Positions 29,173 through 40,773 of a DNA stretch of 64,000 nucleotides are shown one piece after another. How positions within the stretch are numbered: position 1 is the first letter of the stretch; each line of letters begins with the position of its first letter. The position numbers and the translations under genes are program-made. The notes under the pieces are model-generated. The model had not been told where the DNA came from and did not search any database. It saw only the letters and a list, made by a program, of their open reading frames with translations. The stretch is from Convolutriloba macropyga (taxonomy: Eukaryota), in NCBI RefSeq assembly GCF_964194025.1, contig NC_134477.1, positions 56,482,001-56,546,000 of the forward strand, read 5' to 3'.

Positions 29173-29588
29173 TTTCCCATTATTTTAAGTTTCAATTGTT
29201 TGGTTTACTTGTTTGGTTTCATGGCATCAAAAGTTACACCTCATTTCCCTTTTTTACATGACTTTAAAAAAAAAACATAACATTACAAAGTGATTCGGAA
29301 TCAACAAAACAGGGCACTACACAAATTAATGGAGAAGTTAATACTGGGCATTAACAAGTAGTTTGATAGCCCGATGGAATCAGGTCGCAGAGCAGATCTC
29401 TAGGGAATTTAATAGTCTTAGTAAACACTTCACCGAAGTTGTTCAGGACACAATTCAACTGGGTGAATAGCAATTTTTGGGAGTCTTAGACCCCCGAACC
29501 CATTTCAATGCCTCCTACCCCCCCCCCCCCGCGATGAACAAATGTTTATCAACTGGGAAATATCTCTTCATAAGCGGTTTATTTATAG

Positions 29589-30080
29589 GAAATTGCGACA
29601 CATGAAAGCGTCGAGAAGGCAGAAATATCTCAGAAACAACCTCTGAACTTAGACGATTGTTTGAAACTTTTGACAAAAGACCAAATTATCACAGATTTCA
29701 GCCCATGCCCGAAGTGCCAAACTACAAAAATTGCTCTAAGTCATCATATTTGGAGATCACCGGCCCATTTAATTGTTCACCTGAAGCGTTACGAACAGCC
29801 AAGCGGAACTGGTCTGAATGGTCGCTGGATAAAAAGTCACAAACGAGTGTCGTTTCCAATTGAAGATTTAAATCTATTGCCTTTCGTGTCAAAAGGATCC
29901 CATATCATGAATAAACAACTAGCGAGAGTTTATTCCGGTGTTGAACCCTCAGAAATTGGCAAGTTTTTGGCTTCAGCGGAACAGGAGCCAGAGCTGACCT
30001 CATCCGAATGTTGTTCCCAGGAAACTAATTTCAGTTCGGAGGTCGATGATTACTTCAAGTACAGATTGTTCAGTGTCTCG
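29589..30080 (+). CDS. USP32: Penultimate coding exon of a USP32-like ubiquitin-specific protease
   Basis: Acceptor TATAG before 29589 and donor GTAAG at 30081, phase 0/0. It translates EIATHESVEKAEISQKQPLNLDDCLKLLT...CPKC...IWRSPAHLIVHLKRY...NGRWIKSHKRVSFP...YRLFSVS, matching the USP32-type segments HESVE..PINLDSCL and LWRLPPILIIHLKRF..NGRWIKSQK.V.FP. Confidence 0.9.
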
Positions 30081-30803
30081 GTAAGTTAAGCACACGCACT
30101 CACGCACACAGAAACTTTAGTAGAAATAGAGCTTTTGTGCTGTGCTTATCTGTGATCTTTTTACATTGTATTATGTAACGTGTTGCCTACTACCACTTAA
30201 TTTGCAATGGGGTGGGGGTTCAGAATGGGAATAGGGGGCACACAAATTGTTTACCCCCTAGTTTTCCATTACAAGTTTTTTTTTCAATATCACGAATGAC
30301 AAATAAGAAATTCGAAAGGGAAACTGGACTGTAGCTCACGGAAGAATGTCTTTAACAACAATAGAAAGGAATTTGAACAGATTCTGAGTTAAAGATACAA
30401 CTCCTTCGAAAATTATTAGCGAATTTTGCAGAAAAGTATTCAGTTTTTTTAAATGCTATCCGTCTAAAGACACAGTGCTGTCACTTTTTATGAGGAAAGC
30501 TATTAAGACTAATTTGTTTTTAACTTTTTTTCTTGTGGTCTTGTTTCTTCGACTCAAAATTTTTCTCATCGGACTGCTAGTGTGGAGCAATTTTCAATTT
30601 TGTTGGCTCCAATATTTGAGATATTTTTTGTCGTACCATTTGTTTTGGAAAGGTTTTGGTGATTTGTTTTATTGCGTTATTTGTTGTTTTAAGCAGTTGT
30701 CACCCAAGAGAACTGTCAACGGTTGTTTTATGGCTTTTGAAGTTTGATGTTACGCTTTTTTGAGGATTTGTATCTAGCTTTGTTTTTTGTGTTTTCATTT
30801 TTT

Positions 30804-31317
30804 ATAGCTGCGAAGCTGTAAGCTGAGCGTAGCTATATTGCGGTGCTCTTGGTTTTTTTTTGTTTCGTCGTCTGACGCTCTTTTTTCGTTTTACATTTGT
30901 TCACACAGCAAAGCTGAAAAAGTCAAATTTTCTGAATGACTTCTTCCTCTCACTAACGGCGTTTGCGCGCGTGACGTCATTTCTCACTCTCTTTAGCAAA
31001 AGTTTTTTGCGTGATTAGATTTTGATCACAAGTGACTTACCTCACTCAATAAAATGACTTTTGCACTTTAAAACTTAAGTTTAATTTGAATTTGTTTAAG
31101 GTCAAAGGAACTCATATGTGCAGTAAAAGTCCTTAATAAGAGGCTTCTGCGGAATGAATTTTAACAAGCTTTATTAGTTTATCGCTAAATTTTTTTTACC
31201 TAGTTTTGTGAGCGGCGTCGATTTTTTTTTCAATTTAGATCAGTATCTGTTTCTATCTCTATTATATGGCACGCAGGTCTATTCTTTCGCAGCTATTCCG
31301 GCAATCTGCCGGCTATG
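30804..31317 (+). mobile_element. HINE/DINE-1-like element, best-preserved copy, in the last USP32 intron
   Basis: Perfect 11-bp subterminal inverted repeat ATAGCTGCGAA (30804) / TTCGCAGCTAT (31286). A 3' hairpin CCGGCA-ATC-TGCCGG is followed by CTATG. There is a short 5' inverted repeat TATAGCT..AGCTATA, T-rich flanks and no TSD. Confidence 0.75.
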
Positions 31318-31584
31318 TTCTTACTTTGACTCCACCAATTTCAAAAAGTCTTAGTGTTGCCAACTTTTTGTTTTTGCATTGTTTGTTAGTGAACTGTAAA
31401 CGTTTGTTGTATTCTGTACTCATTCTCATTTCTGTTGTCAGAATTTTCTTTTTTTTAAACTCGTTTTTTTTGAGAAATAAAATAAGTTTTAAGTTTTGTT
31501 CTTTATTTTGCGCATTTAACATCGTGCTTTTTTGAATATCATTATTTCATCTTGCTAGAGAAATGTTGATTGTCAGGTCTTTTT

Positions 31585-32578
31585 CGATTGTATTGGTGTG
31601 CTTTCTTTTTTGTAGGTCTGTGCAAACTTTTTTGACGCAGTGAGAAGTCAAAATAGTGTTAATTTTGGTCACGCTGAAGAAATAAAGGGAGCGAAAAATT
31701 GAGTAAGGTCGAAGCCTGATTCTTTTTTCAAACTACATTTAAAGTGGAATGACAAATTTTCGGTCAATTGATGTAACTGTTTCTGTTCAAAACTATTTCT
31801 TTCTATTACTTAGAAATTAGTTTCTGTGATTTTTACAAATTTTCAAAAATTAGCGTGATTTTGACACTTACAAAAACTAAACGTTGATTCTTTTATCTTG
31901 CACGTCTGTTGTTTTTTATATGGTCTTGTCGCTCTGTCTCAAAATAACAGTTCTCCTAGGCATTCAACTGTGATTTACTTTTACTCAACTTATTAACTCG
32001 AATTTTTATCTAATATTCATTGACTGAGATAACCGTTTGTTTTCGAACTAATCAGGTGATTCTTGACCTCCTTTGTAGTTATAATGTCTTCTTCTGTCAT
32101 TAGAAATAAGAACTGTCTAAAAGTATTTCATGACGTCTAAGGTATTATGTTATGCTGTCATGTGGTTTTCTTATTTTGAGGCCACTGACTTTCAAAGAAA
32201 AATTTCAGATGAATTTTTGCCCCTTTTTTGGTTTTTGCGAATACGTTCAAGCTAAAAATGCGTGATCAAAAGAATTGGGATAATTCAGTAAATCCCGGTG
32301 CGTAAGATTTATTGTTTAAAAGACTGGACTTAGTGCATTGTGTTATCAGAGTTCTTAAGAGTCTACTGCTAACTGGTATTGGTTTTAAGCTTAATGTCCT
32401 CCTGTTTAGAGGCTGAATTTGCCATATCTATCGGATCTATTGAAACTGCGAGCCAAATAAGAACTTTTTGACACTTAGAAAAATTAGGATCTGGGCATTT
32501 CTTTTTTCTTTAACTCCCTAACTTTATTCAATCACAATGTTGGCCTGTAGGGTCAACGGCGGATCTATGCCAGCTATG
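31585..32578 (+). mobile_element. Decayed HINE-like element ending just upstream of the USP32 terminal exon
   Basis: The family core (TATTGGTGTGCT...TGAGAAGTCAAA...TCACGCTGA) is at ~31590-31700. The 3' end GGTCAACGGCGG..TGCCAGCTATG at 32551-32578 resembles the end at 48037-48075. Confidence 0.5.
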
Positions 32579-32606
32579 TCTTTGTAATAAATACAAGTCA
32601 TTTCAG

Positions 32607-32903
32607 TGTCATTCGGGCAATCTTCAGAACGGCCATTACGTCTCAGTCTGCAGAAATCCATTAACTCAGAAATGGTACTGTTTCAACGACAATTCCTGCA
32701 AAGAGATCCAAGTTTCGTCAATTCCTTTGGACACGACTTATTTACTTTTCTACGAATTAGCCAAGTTGGACATCTCTCATTTTATGCCGAGTGTCGAAAT
32801 GAAACAGCCAGTTGTACCTCCAATTGAGTTCAAAAAGTCACCATCGGATTTCATCAAGTCTTTTCCCTCTGATGGTAGTGGGAGTAATTGCTCCCTTATG
32901 TGA
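32607..32903 (+). CDS. USP32: Terminal coding exon of the USP32-like protease (His box and C-terminal CaaX)
   Basis: Acceptor TTTCAG (32601-32606). It reads CHSGNLQNGHYVSVCRNPLTQKWYCFNDNSCKEI...TYLLFYE...GSNCSLM*, in frame with the previous exon. This frame is not in the ORF track. Confidence 0.9.
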   Translation, partial: CHSGNLQNGHYVSVCRNPLTQKWYCFNDNSCKEIQVSSIPLDTTYLLFYELAKLDISHFMPSVEMKQPVVPPIEFKKSPSDFIKSFPSDGSGSNCSLM

Positions 32904-34263
32904 AATTAGTGTTTTCATGCAAAGGTTGTGAAGAAAATGCTATACAAGATACAGACGTACGTGATCTCTATTTGTTCAAAGGAAGTTGTTGTTTTTTTGA
33001 AGATTATACAATCTATGGAAAATGATTTAGATATTTTTAGTAGAAAATAACTTGTAACGGCTAGTTTTAAAAAAGGCTTTTGTGAGGCTATATTAGCAAT
33101 TTTTCATAAAATTGCACTTACTCTACTCAAATGACTCTATTATGAAGGCAAATATTTGTTCACTGAGAAAAGGTAAAACTATATATTCATTTGGTACTAT
33201 AAATCAAGGGACCATTGGTACTGTCCTGTATCTTATCTGCCCCCTTAATACTACTGATGATTACTAGTTTGGAAAAGAGAAATGACGTACGTTTGTAAAT
33301 TAAGCTAGATTACTGTTTTTTGAAGTTCATGGATTCGCCGTGTGGTACCGGCCTCCCCGTGTCGTATTTTTTACCCCAAAATGATGTAAGATTAGGGGGG
33401 TAATCGCGGGAACTTTTACCGGATTCCCCTCAAAACACATCTCTTTGGGGTGTAAGGGGGGGGGGGGGGGTTTCTCGATGGGTACTTCAGAAGGGGGGGT
33501 AATAGGGGATAAAAAGATAAGAATAGGGGGTACTTGAGGGTAGACCGATACAGGAGTGGGGGGGTTAATGAAAAGGGGGGTGAAACGATGCAAAACATTT
33601 TTTTTTCCAAAGTTACTAGAATCTAGCACCGAACCAAACCCGGAAATTTCGTTTCCATATGCATAGTGAAATACCATTTAGCAGTCAGATATATATACTT
33701 ATTTTTCTCTCGGTGTTCGAAAAAGTAGAATTGTGTTCAAAATTTTCCAAAACCCAATTTTCTCTTGAAAATTCCGACTTGTTTAGCACTTTTCCTTTTC
33801 CGACGATTTTTTATGATTTCCAGTTGGTATAATTGGTATAGTCGCGGGAAGTACATAGATCGTGGGAAAAAAGTTTCTCACAAACATCTACAACAACACA
33901 TAATATGGAAGACTTTTTAGAGAATTTTTGGAGCCAATAAGAAGTTAGTTGTTATTGGACCCGTATATTCCAGAACTCTGGTTCTTTTGCAATAGAACTC
34001 ATCTAATATTGATAAATAACTGTTCCTGGACGTCAGGGGGCCAAAAACAAATCAACTTAAAGAATGACGAAAAAGGATGCTCTATTTTGGAATAAAAAGT
34101 AGTGTACTTAAGATACCACGAAAAAGAACGCCTTGCATAGCGAGCCAAACCGGAGAAGAGAGCAGCAGGTAGCGAAGCTAGCAAAAAGGCGCAAAAACCC
34201 AAGATGCGCAAAAAAAACTTGATGACTCCCTTTCTTGATGTATTGATGACTCCCTCTCTTGGT

Positions 34264-37200
34264 TCAGTGTCCATGTGGCAGGGTATCTATATCTTGCTCA
34301 AAAATATATCTTTATCGTTGAAACAGCTCAAGGCGATTTTGTTTATCGTTGTTACAATAATTTGATGGCTCTCTGATGTAATGCCTGTCATTGGCGCCGT
34401 TTCAGTTGTTCTGTTCTTCAAGCAGTTGACAAACTTGTCATGATGCAAACTCTTTTTCACACTTTTTTGCACTCCCTTTGCGCTCTGCTTTGCACCACCC
34501 CGATACTTGATGCTGTACATTTTCGAAAGCAAAAGGACGGCCTCCTCCAATGTTTGTCCTTTAAGCTCGTCCGTCATTGTCAAAGGAACTTTTTTCCTGG
34601 TTGGGTCAAACAATGCGTGATCTGAGGGATAGTCGGACAGGTCGAGGTTTTTAAATTCCTTATGTCCTCTTAGAGGTCATCTTTTTCAACTCGGTAAAGA
34701 AGAGAGTCAGTGTCTTTATACGTGACCAAGATTTTTTTATTCGTATCGCGGTTTCGTTTCATTGTAGTGAAAACCGTACAATGACAACTTGGAAAGATCT
34801 AGAATAGCCGCCCCGACTGGCGTTGGCTTGTCCCAAAATATCTTCTGCTATGACAAGGACACAGAGCACAAATTTTCACTAATAATCTGAAAGGGTTCAT
34901 AGTTTGGTTTGCTGGTAAACTTCATTGCTTCTTGTTCGTTGCTGACGAAATGAACATTCCGTCGGTTTCACTTGTTTTCCATTGTTTTACCAAAACAAGC
35001 ATTTGACATCAGTTTGTAATAAAAAAATTCCAAAAGGACTCTTGGCCTGCTTCCGAATAACTGTTTTTCTGTATATATGATGATAGCCAATTTGACTGTT
35101 TGAATTTGAGTGCCTTGTGAATATTGACAATTTGAAGTCCGTTCTGGTTACTGCAGGTTTTTTATATGGCAAATATAATTCTTTTTATCAAAAGGTGTTT
35201 CTACAAGCTTCGGAACATCCGCATTTTTCTCATTGAATTCAGAACAGTACTCGGACAGCCAATCAGACTGTATCAGAAGTTTTTCTGGAGCTAGTGGTAG
35301 ATCCTGATGGTCGATATGCAACTCAGAGGGATATGCAAGATCAACTTCAACAAAAAGATTGCGTATTCTCCCTCGCAATCGTGAGCCGAAATCAGCTCCA
35401 CAGTCGAGGTATCATCCCATTCAAAAGAACCAATCGGTAACTTTTTCGTCAATGTCCCAGCGTACAGAGAAGTAACATCAAAGAAGGCTCCAAAAACCGA
35501 AGTTTCATTGCTTTTGAAATCAGGAATATAATTGTTGTTTGCTTTGATGTACCGCAAAGATCCGACGCCATTCAACCCACCTCTGATTGCTTTTTCGCTG
35601 AACAACAAGATGTCATAGTGTTGCAGCAATCCTAACTCGACACCAGTCGTCACTAGCATCGCATCCCAACTTAAATTTGGCGCGCTATAAAAGCAAGCAG
35701 GGTCCAACTTGTAGACGTCCAGGCAGACGTCGCGAAACTTTTCAAAAACACTTGCAAGCAAAAGTACGTCAATTTTCAGGTAAACATCGTTATAATCTCC
35801 AAAATTCTTGCAGCCCATCAAATGAAACATCTCATGAGCTCCCTGATACTGTTCCAGAGTAAGATCAATCTTTCCCGAGAGCGTATTGACCCAATCAGGA
35901 CCGTAATCTGGAAAGGGGGCATCGAACTTTTCAAAACTGTCCAAGTACCCATAGGGGAAAAAACTTTCCTCCTAATCTTTTAAAACATTTCCTCAGAATC
36001 AGGAAGGAAATTTTTTTCAAAAGACTAAGGTCTTCGTCAGAGAGTGTTTGTGCAAGTGCGTCTAACCCCGACGCCATAAAGTTCAGACTATCCAGAAACC
36101 GGATATCACTTTTGATGCATTTTGTGAGACCTCTTTTGTCGACATAACTTCCAAGTGGTACACGCACCGAAACCGAGATAAAGGTCTCATCTGTTTTATC
36201 AATTGCTTTTAACTCTTCTCCATCGTAGATTTCCAATTCCTTAATAATATGGTGAGAGTCGTAGCGAGACAAGTTGTGGAAGAATACTGGTAAAAATTTC
36301 ATCACACTGCAATCAAGATTGCATTTCCTGTGAGCAACGCCATGGATATCTCCTGTCAAATGAGAATGATGAACAACTTTGCTCTCTCATTCACAACCAT
36401 CAAAGTCTTCATTGCATATGCAGCAAAGAGCAGTCCAAGATACCAAAAAATTAGCTTTGTCTACCAAATTCTTTGTAAGTTTTCGGAATTTCTGTTGCTC
36501 CTGGTGAGCCCATTTCAACCACTCCCTAAGGGTTTTTCATCATTTCACCAATAAATTGGTCTCCGCGGTAAAAAATTTGTTTCTCAGCTTTTCCACTTCT
36601 TACATCTATCAAAACGGCGCCAAAGCTGCATGGAAACTGATCTTCGATATGCAGGGTGGCAGCACCCATGTTTAGTGTCTAGTCTTCCAGAATAGTCTTT
36701 CAACATTTCAGTTAAAGAGTCTTTTTTGACATCAAATGCCTCCAAGTCAGCGTAAACAACAAAAGGACACCGAATTTGCCGGTTAAAGCCTTTAAACTGC
36801 ATTGTTTCTAGCTTGTTTGGCATTTGGATCAGAAGAGGCTCCTGATCAAGGCTAAGTCGACTTTGCTGCATCAATTTGCCCTTGTCAATACTCTGTAGAC
36901 ACCAACCACAAAACTTTCGGACATTATTTTTGGATCTAGCTGTTCTGTCAGAACGCAGCAGCGTCTTCAGGAGTTGATCGAGATTTTTGATAAGACAATA
37001 ATGAGATTTTTGATCTTCTGACGAAATTAAATGATGTATGTTAGTGATTTGAACACTCCTCTGCTCCGTAAGATAGACAGAAAATATTTCATTCCGGTTA
37101 AGTTCATAGACATTCATTGCTAGATTATTTTTTTCTCAAACGCTGGAATAGCTGAGAGAGGCATTGGCATAATCCTTTGTATTGAAATTCAGGTCATCAA

Positions 37201-37490
37201 GAGTGATTGATAGCTGCTCGGCCGTTGTTGGTTTTTTCGAACGGGCAAAAGCGCGGCCAGAACACAATAGATGGAAAAAAGCTGTCGCTCAAATTTTTGA
37301 TGTTAACGATACTTCTCAAACTCTCCAGTTTCTTTGGAGTCGGAATATATGTTGCAGGTCTCAATGGACTGTATTTATTTTCACGTCAAGACTTCATTCG
37401 ATCAATAACCCAACCGCTACCTCCCGTAGAAAAGATATTAATTTGAGTCATAATTTGGTCAACATGTGACTAATATTCTTCTGAGGTTAA
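34264..37490 (-). pseudogene. Protein-primed family-B DNA polymerase of Polinton type with an inserted endonuclease-VII-like module, multiple frameshifts and stops
   Basis: Motifs in order: GGSGWV, MNVY..HYCLIKNL, PFVVYADLEA (ExoI), HHSHLTG..HGVAHRKCNL (EndoVII-like), FFHNLSRYDSH (ExoII), FLDSLNFM, YLKIDVLLL (ExoIII), FDVTSLY (PolA), KLMSNACFGKTMEN (PolB, ~34975-35015), YKDTDSL (PolC, ~34700-34722), AKGVQK, and C-terminal TLPHGH*. Confidence 0.92.
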
Positions 37491-37763
37491 TTTTCGCGAA
37501 AGTTTCCATTGAGTAGGGTGATTTTGAAAATTTTCAGAGGGGGGACCATTTGGGTGATTTTGGATTTTTTCGAAAATTTTTGGATTTCGAACCTCTAAGT
37601 TTGCTTTAGGGTCTCGGTCCGAGGCATCAAGAAAACTACATCTCAGTGGTCATTTGTCAAGCCGAGTTTGGAAAATGTCCAGCTGCAATCATTTTCCGCC
37701 ATCTTTTTGACTGATTTTTCCCTGCTTTGCTTTACCTCAGTAACGGAGACTGCTTGGCACAGA

Positions 37764-38850
37764 ATGTCTTCCAACATTTCAGTGAAAGAGTCTTTTTTGA
37801 CATCAAATGCCTCCAAGTCAGCGTAAACAACAAAAGGACACCGAATTTGCCGGTTAAAGCCTTTAAACTGCATTGTTTCTAGCTTGTTTGGCATTTGGAT
37901 CAGCAGAGGCTCCTGATCAAGGCAAAGTAGTCTTTGCTGCATCAATTTGCTTGTCAATACTCTGTAGACACCGACCACAAAACTTTGGGACATTATTTTT
38001 GGATCTAGTTGTTCTGTTAGAACGCAGCAGCGTCTTCAGGAGTCGATCGAGATTTTTGATAAGACAATAATGAGATTTTTGATCATCTGACAAAATTAAA
38101 AGATGTATATTAGTGATTTGAACACTCCTCTGCTCCGTAAGATAGACAGAAAATATTTCATTCCCGTTAAGTCCATAGACATTCATTGCTAGATTCTTTT
38201 TTTCTCAAACGCTGGAATAGCTGAGAGAGGCATTGGCATAATCCTTTTTATTGAAATTCAGGTCACCAAAGTGTGATTGATAGCTGCTCGGACGTTGTTG
38301 ATTTTTTCGAACGGGAAAGAGCGCGGCCAGAACACAATAGATGGAAAGCTGTCGCTCAAATTTTTGATGTCAATGATACTTCTTCTCAAACTCTCCAGTT
38401 TCTTTGGAGTCGGAATATATGTTGCAGGTCTCAATGGACTGTATTTATTTTCACGTCAAGACTTCATTGATCAATAACCCAACCACTACCACCCGTAGAA
38501 AAGATATTAATTTGAGTCATAATTTGGTCAACTTGTGAGTAGTATTCTTCTGAGGTCAATTTTCGCGAAACAGTTTCCATTGAGTAGGGTGATTTTGAAC
38601 ATTTTCAGAGGGGGGACCATTTGGGTGACTCTGGATTTTTTTCGAAAATTTTTGGATTTCGAACCTCTAAGTTTGCTTTAGGGTCTCGGTCCGAGACATC
38701 AAGAAAACTACATCTCAGTGGTCATTTGTCAAGCCGAGTTTTGGAAAATGTCCAGCTGCAATCATTTTCCGCCATCTGTTTGACTGATTTTTGAAATGGA
38801 GTTTTCCCTGATTTTGCTTTACCTCAGTAACGTAGAATGCTTGGCACAGA
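37764..38850 (-). repeat. ~1.07-kb direct tandem duplication of 36690-37763 (pPolB N-terminal part plus upstream sequence)
   Basis: CAACATTTCAGT.AAAGAGTCTTTTTTGAC occurs at ~36701 and ~37772, and CATCAAGAAAACTACATCTCAG at ~37625 and ~38697. ORFs 36584-37117 and 37643-38186 share peptide sequence. Confidence 0.92.
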
Positions 38851-39162
38851 GAAGGAACCTCTAACTGAAACTATATTACTGGTATATGTCCAGCTGCAAT
38901 CATTTTCCGCCATCTGTTTGACTGATTTTTGAAATGGAGTTTTCCCTGATTTTGCTTTACCTCAGTAACGTAGAATGCTTGGCACAGAGAAGGAACCTCT
39001 AACTGAAACTATATTACTGGTATATGTCCAGCTGCAATCATTTTCCGCCATCTGTTTGACTGATTTTTGAAATGGAGTTTTCCCTGATTTTGCTTTATCT
39101 CAGTAATGTAGAATGCTTGGTACAGAGAAGGAACCTCTAACTGAAACTATATTACTGGTATA
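38749..39162. repeat. Three near-perfect 138-bp tandem repeats inside the Polinton-like element
   Basis: TCCAGCTGCAATCATTTTCCGCC starts at 38751, 38889 and 39027. Confidence 0.95.
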
Positions 39163-39740
39163 TCTGGAAAAGCGCCCTTCTTTTTTGTGGAAATTGAGTA
39201 TAGTTTTCATACTTTTTTTCATACTTTTCCGTACATTGTAAAAGATTTCTTACTTTTTTTCTCCCATATAGAGGCACTCACCTATCTTTCATATCACTCA
39301 CCTAAACATCGTTGAGCTCAGTTTTTACTGAGATACTTAATCAGAAAATATTCAAGAGTCATGGCTTCATCAGTTTCAGGAATACCGATTCAAATCTTGG
39401 TTAAAGGTTTTGCCCAGGTTTCTGTTTTTTCGATGAAATAAACAGCAAACCCATATATTATGACAATTTTCCCTCGGGATATTAGGGAACATCATTTTTG
39501 CTGCAAAGATAACTAAAATATACGATTGTTCGATCATCGATAAAAGTTTCAGTGGTGGGAAAACTAAGGTGAAGCAAATTTAGTCACAGATAAGAAATGA
39601 CAGCAGGTAAACCAACCAAAAACCGCAAGGCATTAGTCGTTGTACTTTTAATTTCAAAGCAGTTGGTTCAGATTGACTATTAAATATTTGAATTTTCCTA
39701 CGTTTTCCATCCAAATTTTCCATGTAACAGATTTATTCAA

Positions 39741-40358
39741 TATGACACTGAGAGATTGCGATTTTGATCTCGTTTTTCTTTACACAATGAGGAGAAATGG
39801 TAAAATACTCACGGTCTCACAGCCAAGCTGTGACACCATGCATCTGGAGAAACAAGACGAAAGCACCAAAGCTGTAGAACAGCACATTATTGTCCCGAGA
39901 GACATCTTCAACAGAATGACGGATGTCTTCCATCTAACAGATCAAATGGAATATATCCTTGCTCATGGGTTGCTTGATTATGCCGTCCATCAAGCAACCG
40001 TATACAAGTCAAGCGGAATCATGGAAGCAGACAGTGAGAAGTGCAAAATCACTGATGATTACATGCTGACTAACAAATGCTACATGCGGCTTGGTTTTGT
40101 CGTGTACCATCCCGAAACTTTAAAGAGATCATTTTTTTTCACATGAATAAGTTTTGCGAGATATTCCAAGAAAAGTGGGAGAAAAAACAAGGATCAATGA
40201 ACCTCCGGGAGTTCTGTGGATTAATTGCCTATACAAGGAAACATGAACGAATGGAACCAGAATCGAGGCTTGTCAACAGTATTGGGGTTGGTGTTGTAGT
40301 AGAAGAGGTGCCAGCCAAGAAAGTTCGGATTGATGATGAAAACACAGAATCCGACTGA
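39741..40358 (+). pseudogene. Orphan element-borne ORF (~200 aa), apparently split by one frameshift in a T8 run
   Basis: ORFs 39673-40146 and 40077-40358 overlap at ATTTTTTTTC (40131-40140). The composition is protein-like, with a C-terminal PAKKVR and an acidic tail. Confidence 0.5.
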
Positions 40359-40689
40359 TCAAACAAAAAACTTGTATACGAAAACTTGAATAAAAACTCA
40401 AAACTGATAAGCAGAGTAAAAACAAATTGCTTGTGCTCCGGCATGTTTATTTTTACTGGTATATTCGCTGTGAATTTATGAACTCATGCTTTCTTTTGAA
40501 AAGTGCGTGCACAGTGCATTCAAATAGGGCAAAATAGAGTAGCCTAGCATAACATCTAAGCTAGAGGTTTGAAATGAATCAATTGCCAATCGCGCTGCCT
40601 GACATAAGAGTTTAAATCGATAGAATGGCTAATAGCTTAGCCTAACATACGCAAGAGCTTTAAAATGTATCAGACACAAATTTTCGAAA

Positions 40690-40773
40690 GCTCGGTAGGC
40701 GCAGTGGTTACGACCTCTAGCTCAAAGAAAATGTCGGAGGCGTAGGTTCAAATCCCGGTGGGGGCGGAGTTTT
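40690..40773 (+). ncRNA. tRNA-like RNA polymerase III unit inside the Polinton-like element
   Basis: A-box-like TAGGCGCAGTGG (40696-40707), B box GGTTCAAATCC (40745-40755), CCTCT/GGAGG stem, partial GCTC/GGGC closing stem, TTTT at 40770-40773. It is not a canonical cloverleaf. Confidence 0.5.

Noticed and set aside
32606-32827. ORF-track protein MSFGQSSERP...
   Set aside because: It is the wrong frame. The real exon starts at 32607 and encodes the USP His box.
33327-33677. Proline-rich 116-aa minus-strand ORF
   Set aside because: It is a by-product of the G-tract terminal block.
34264-37490. Active polymerase using programmed frameshifts or an alternative genetic code
   Set aside because: The lesions include several frameshifts and different stop types at scattered positions, which fits neutral decay.
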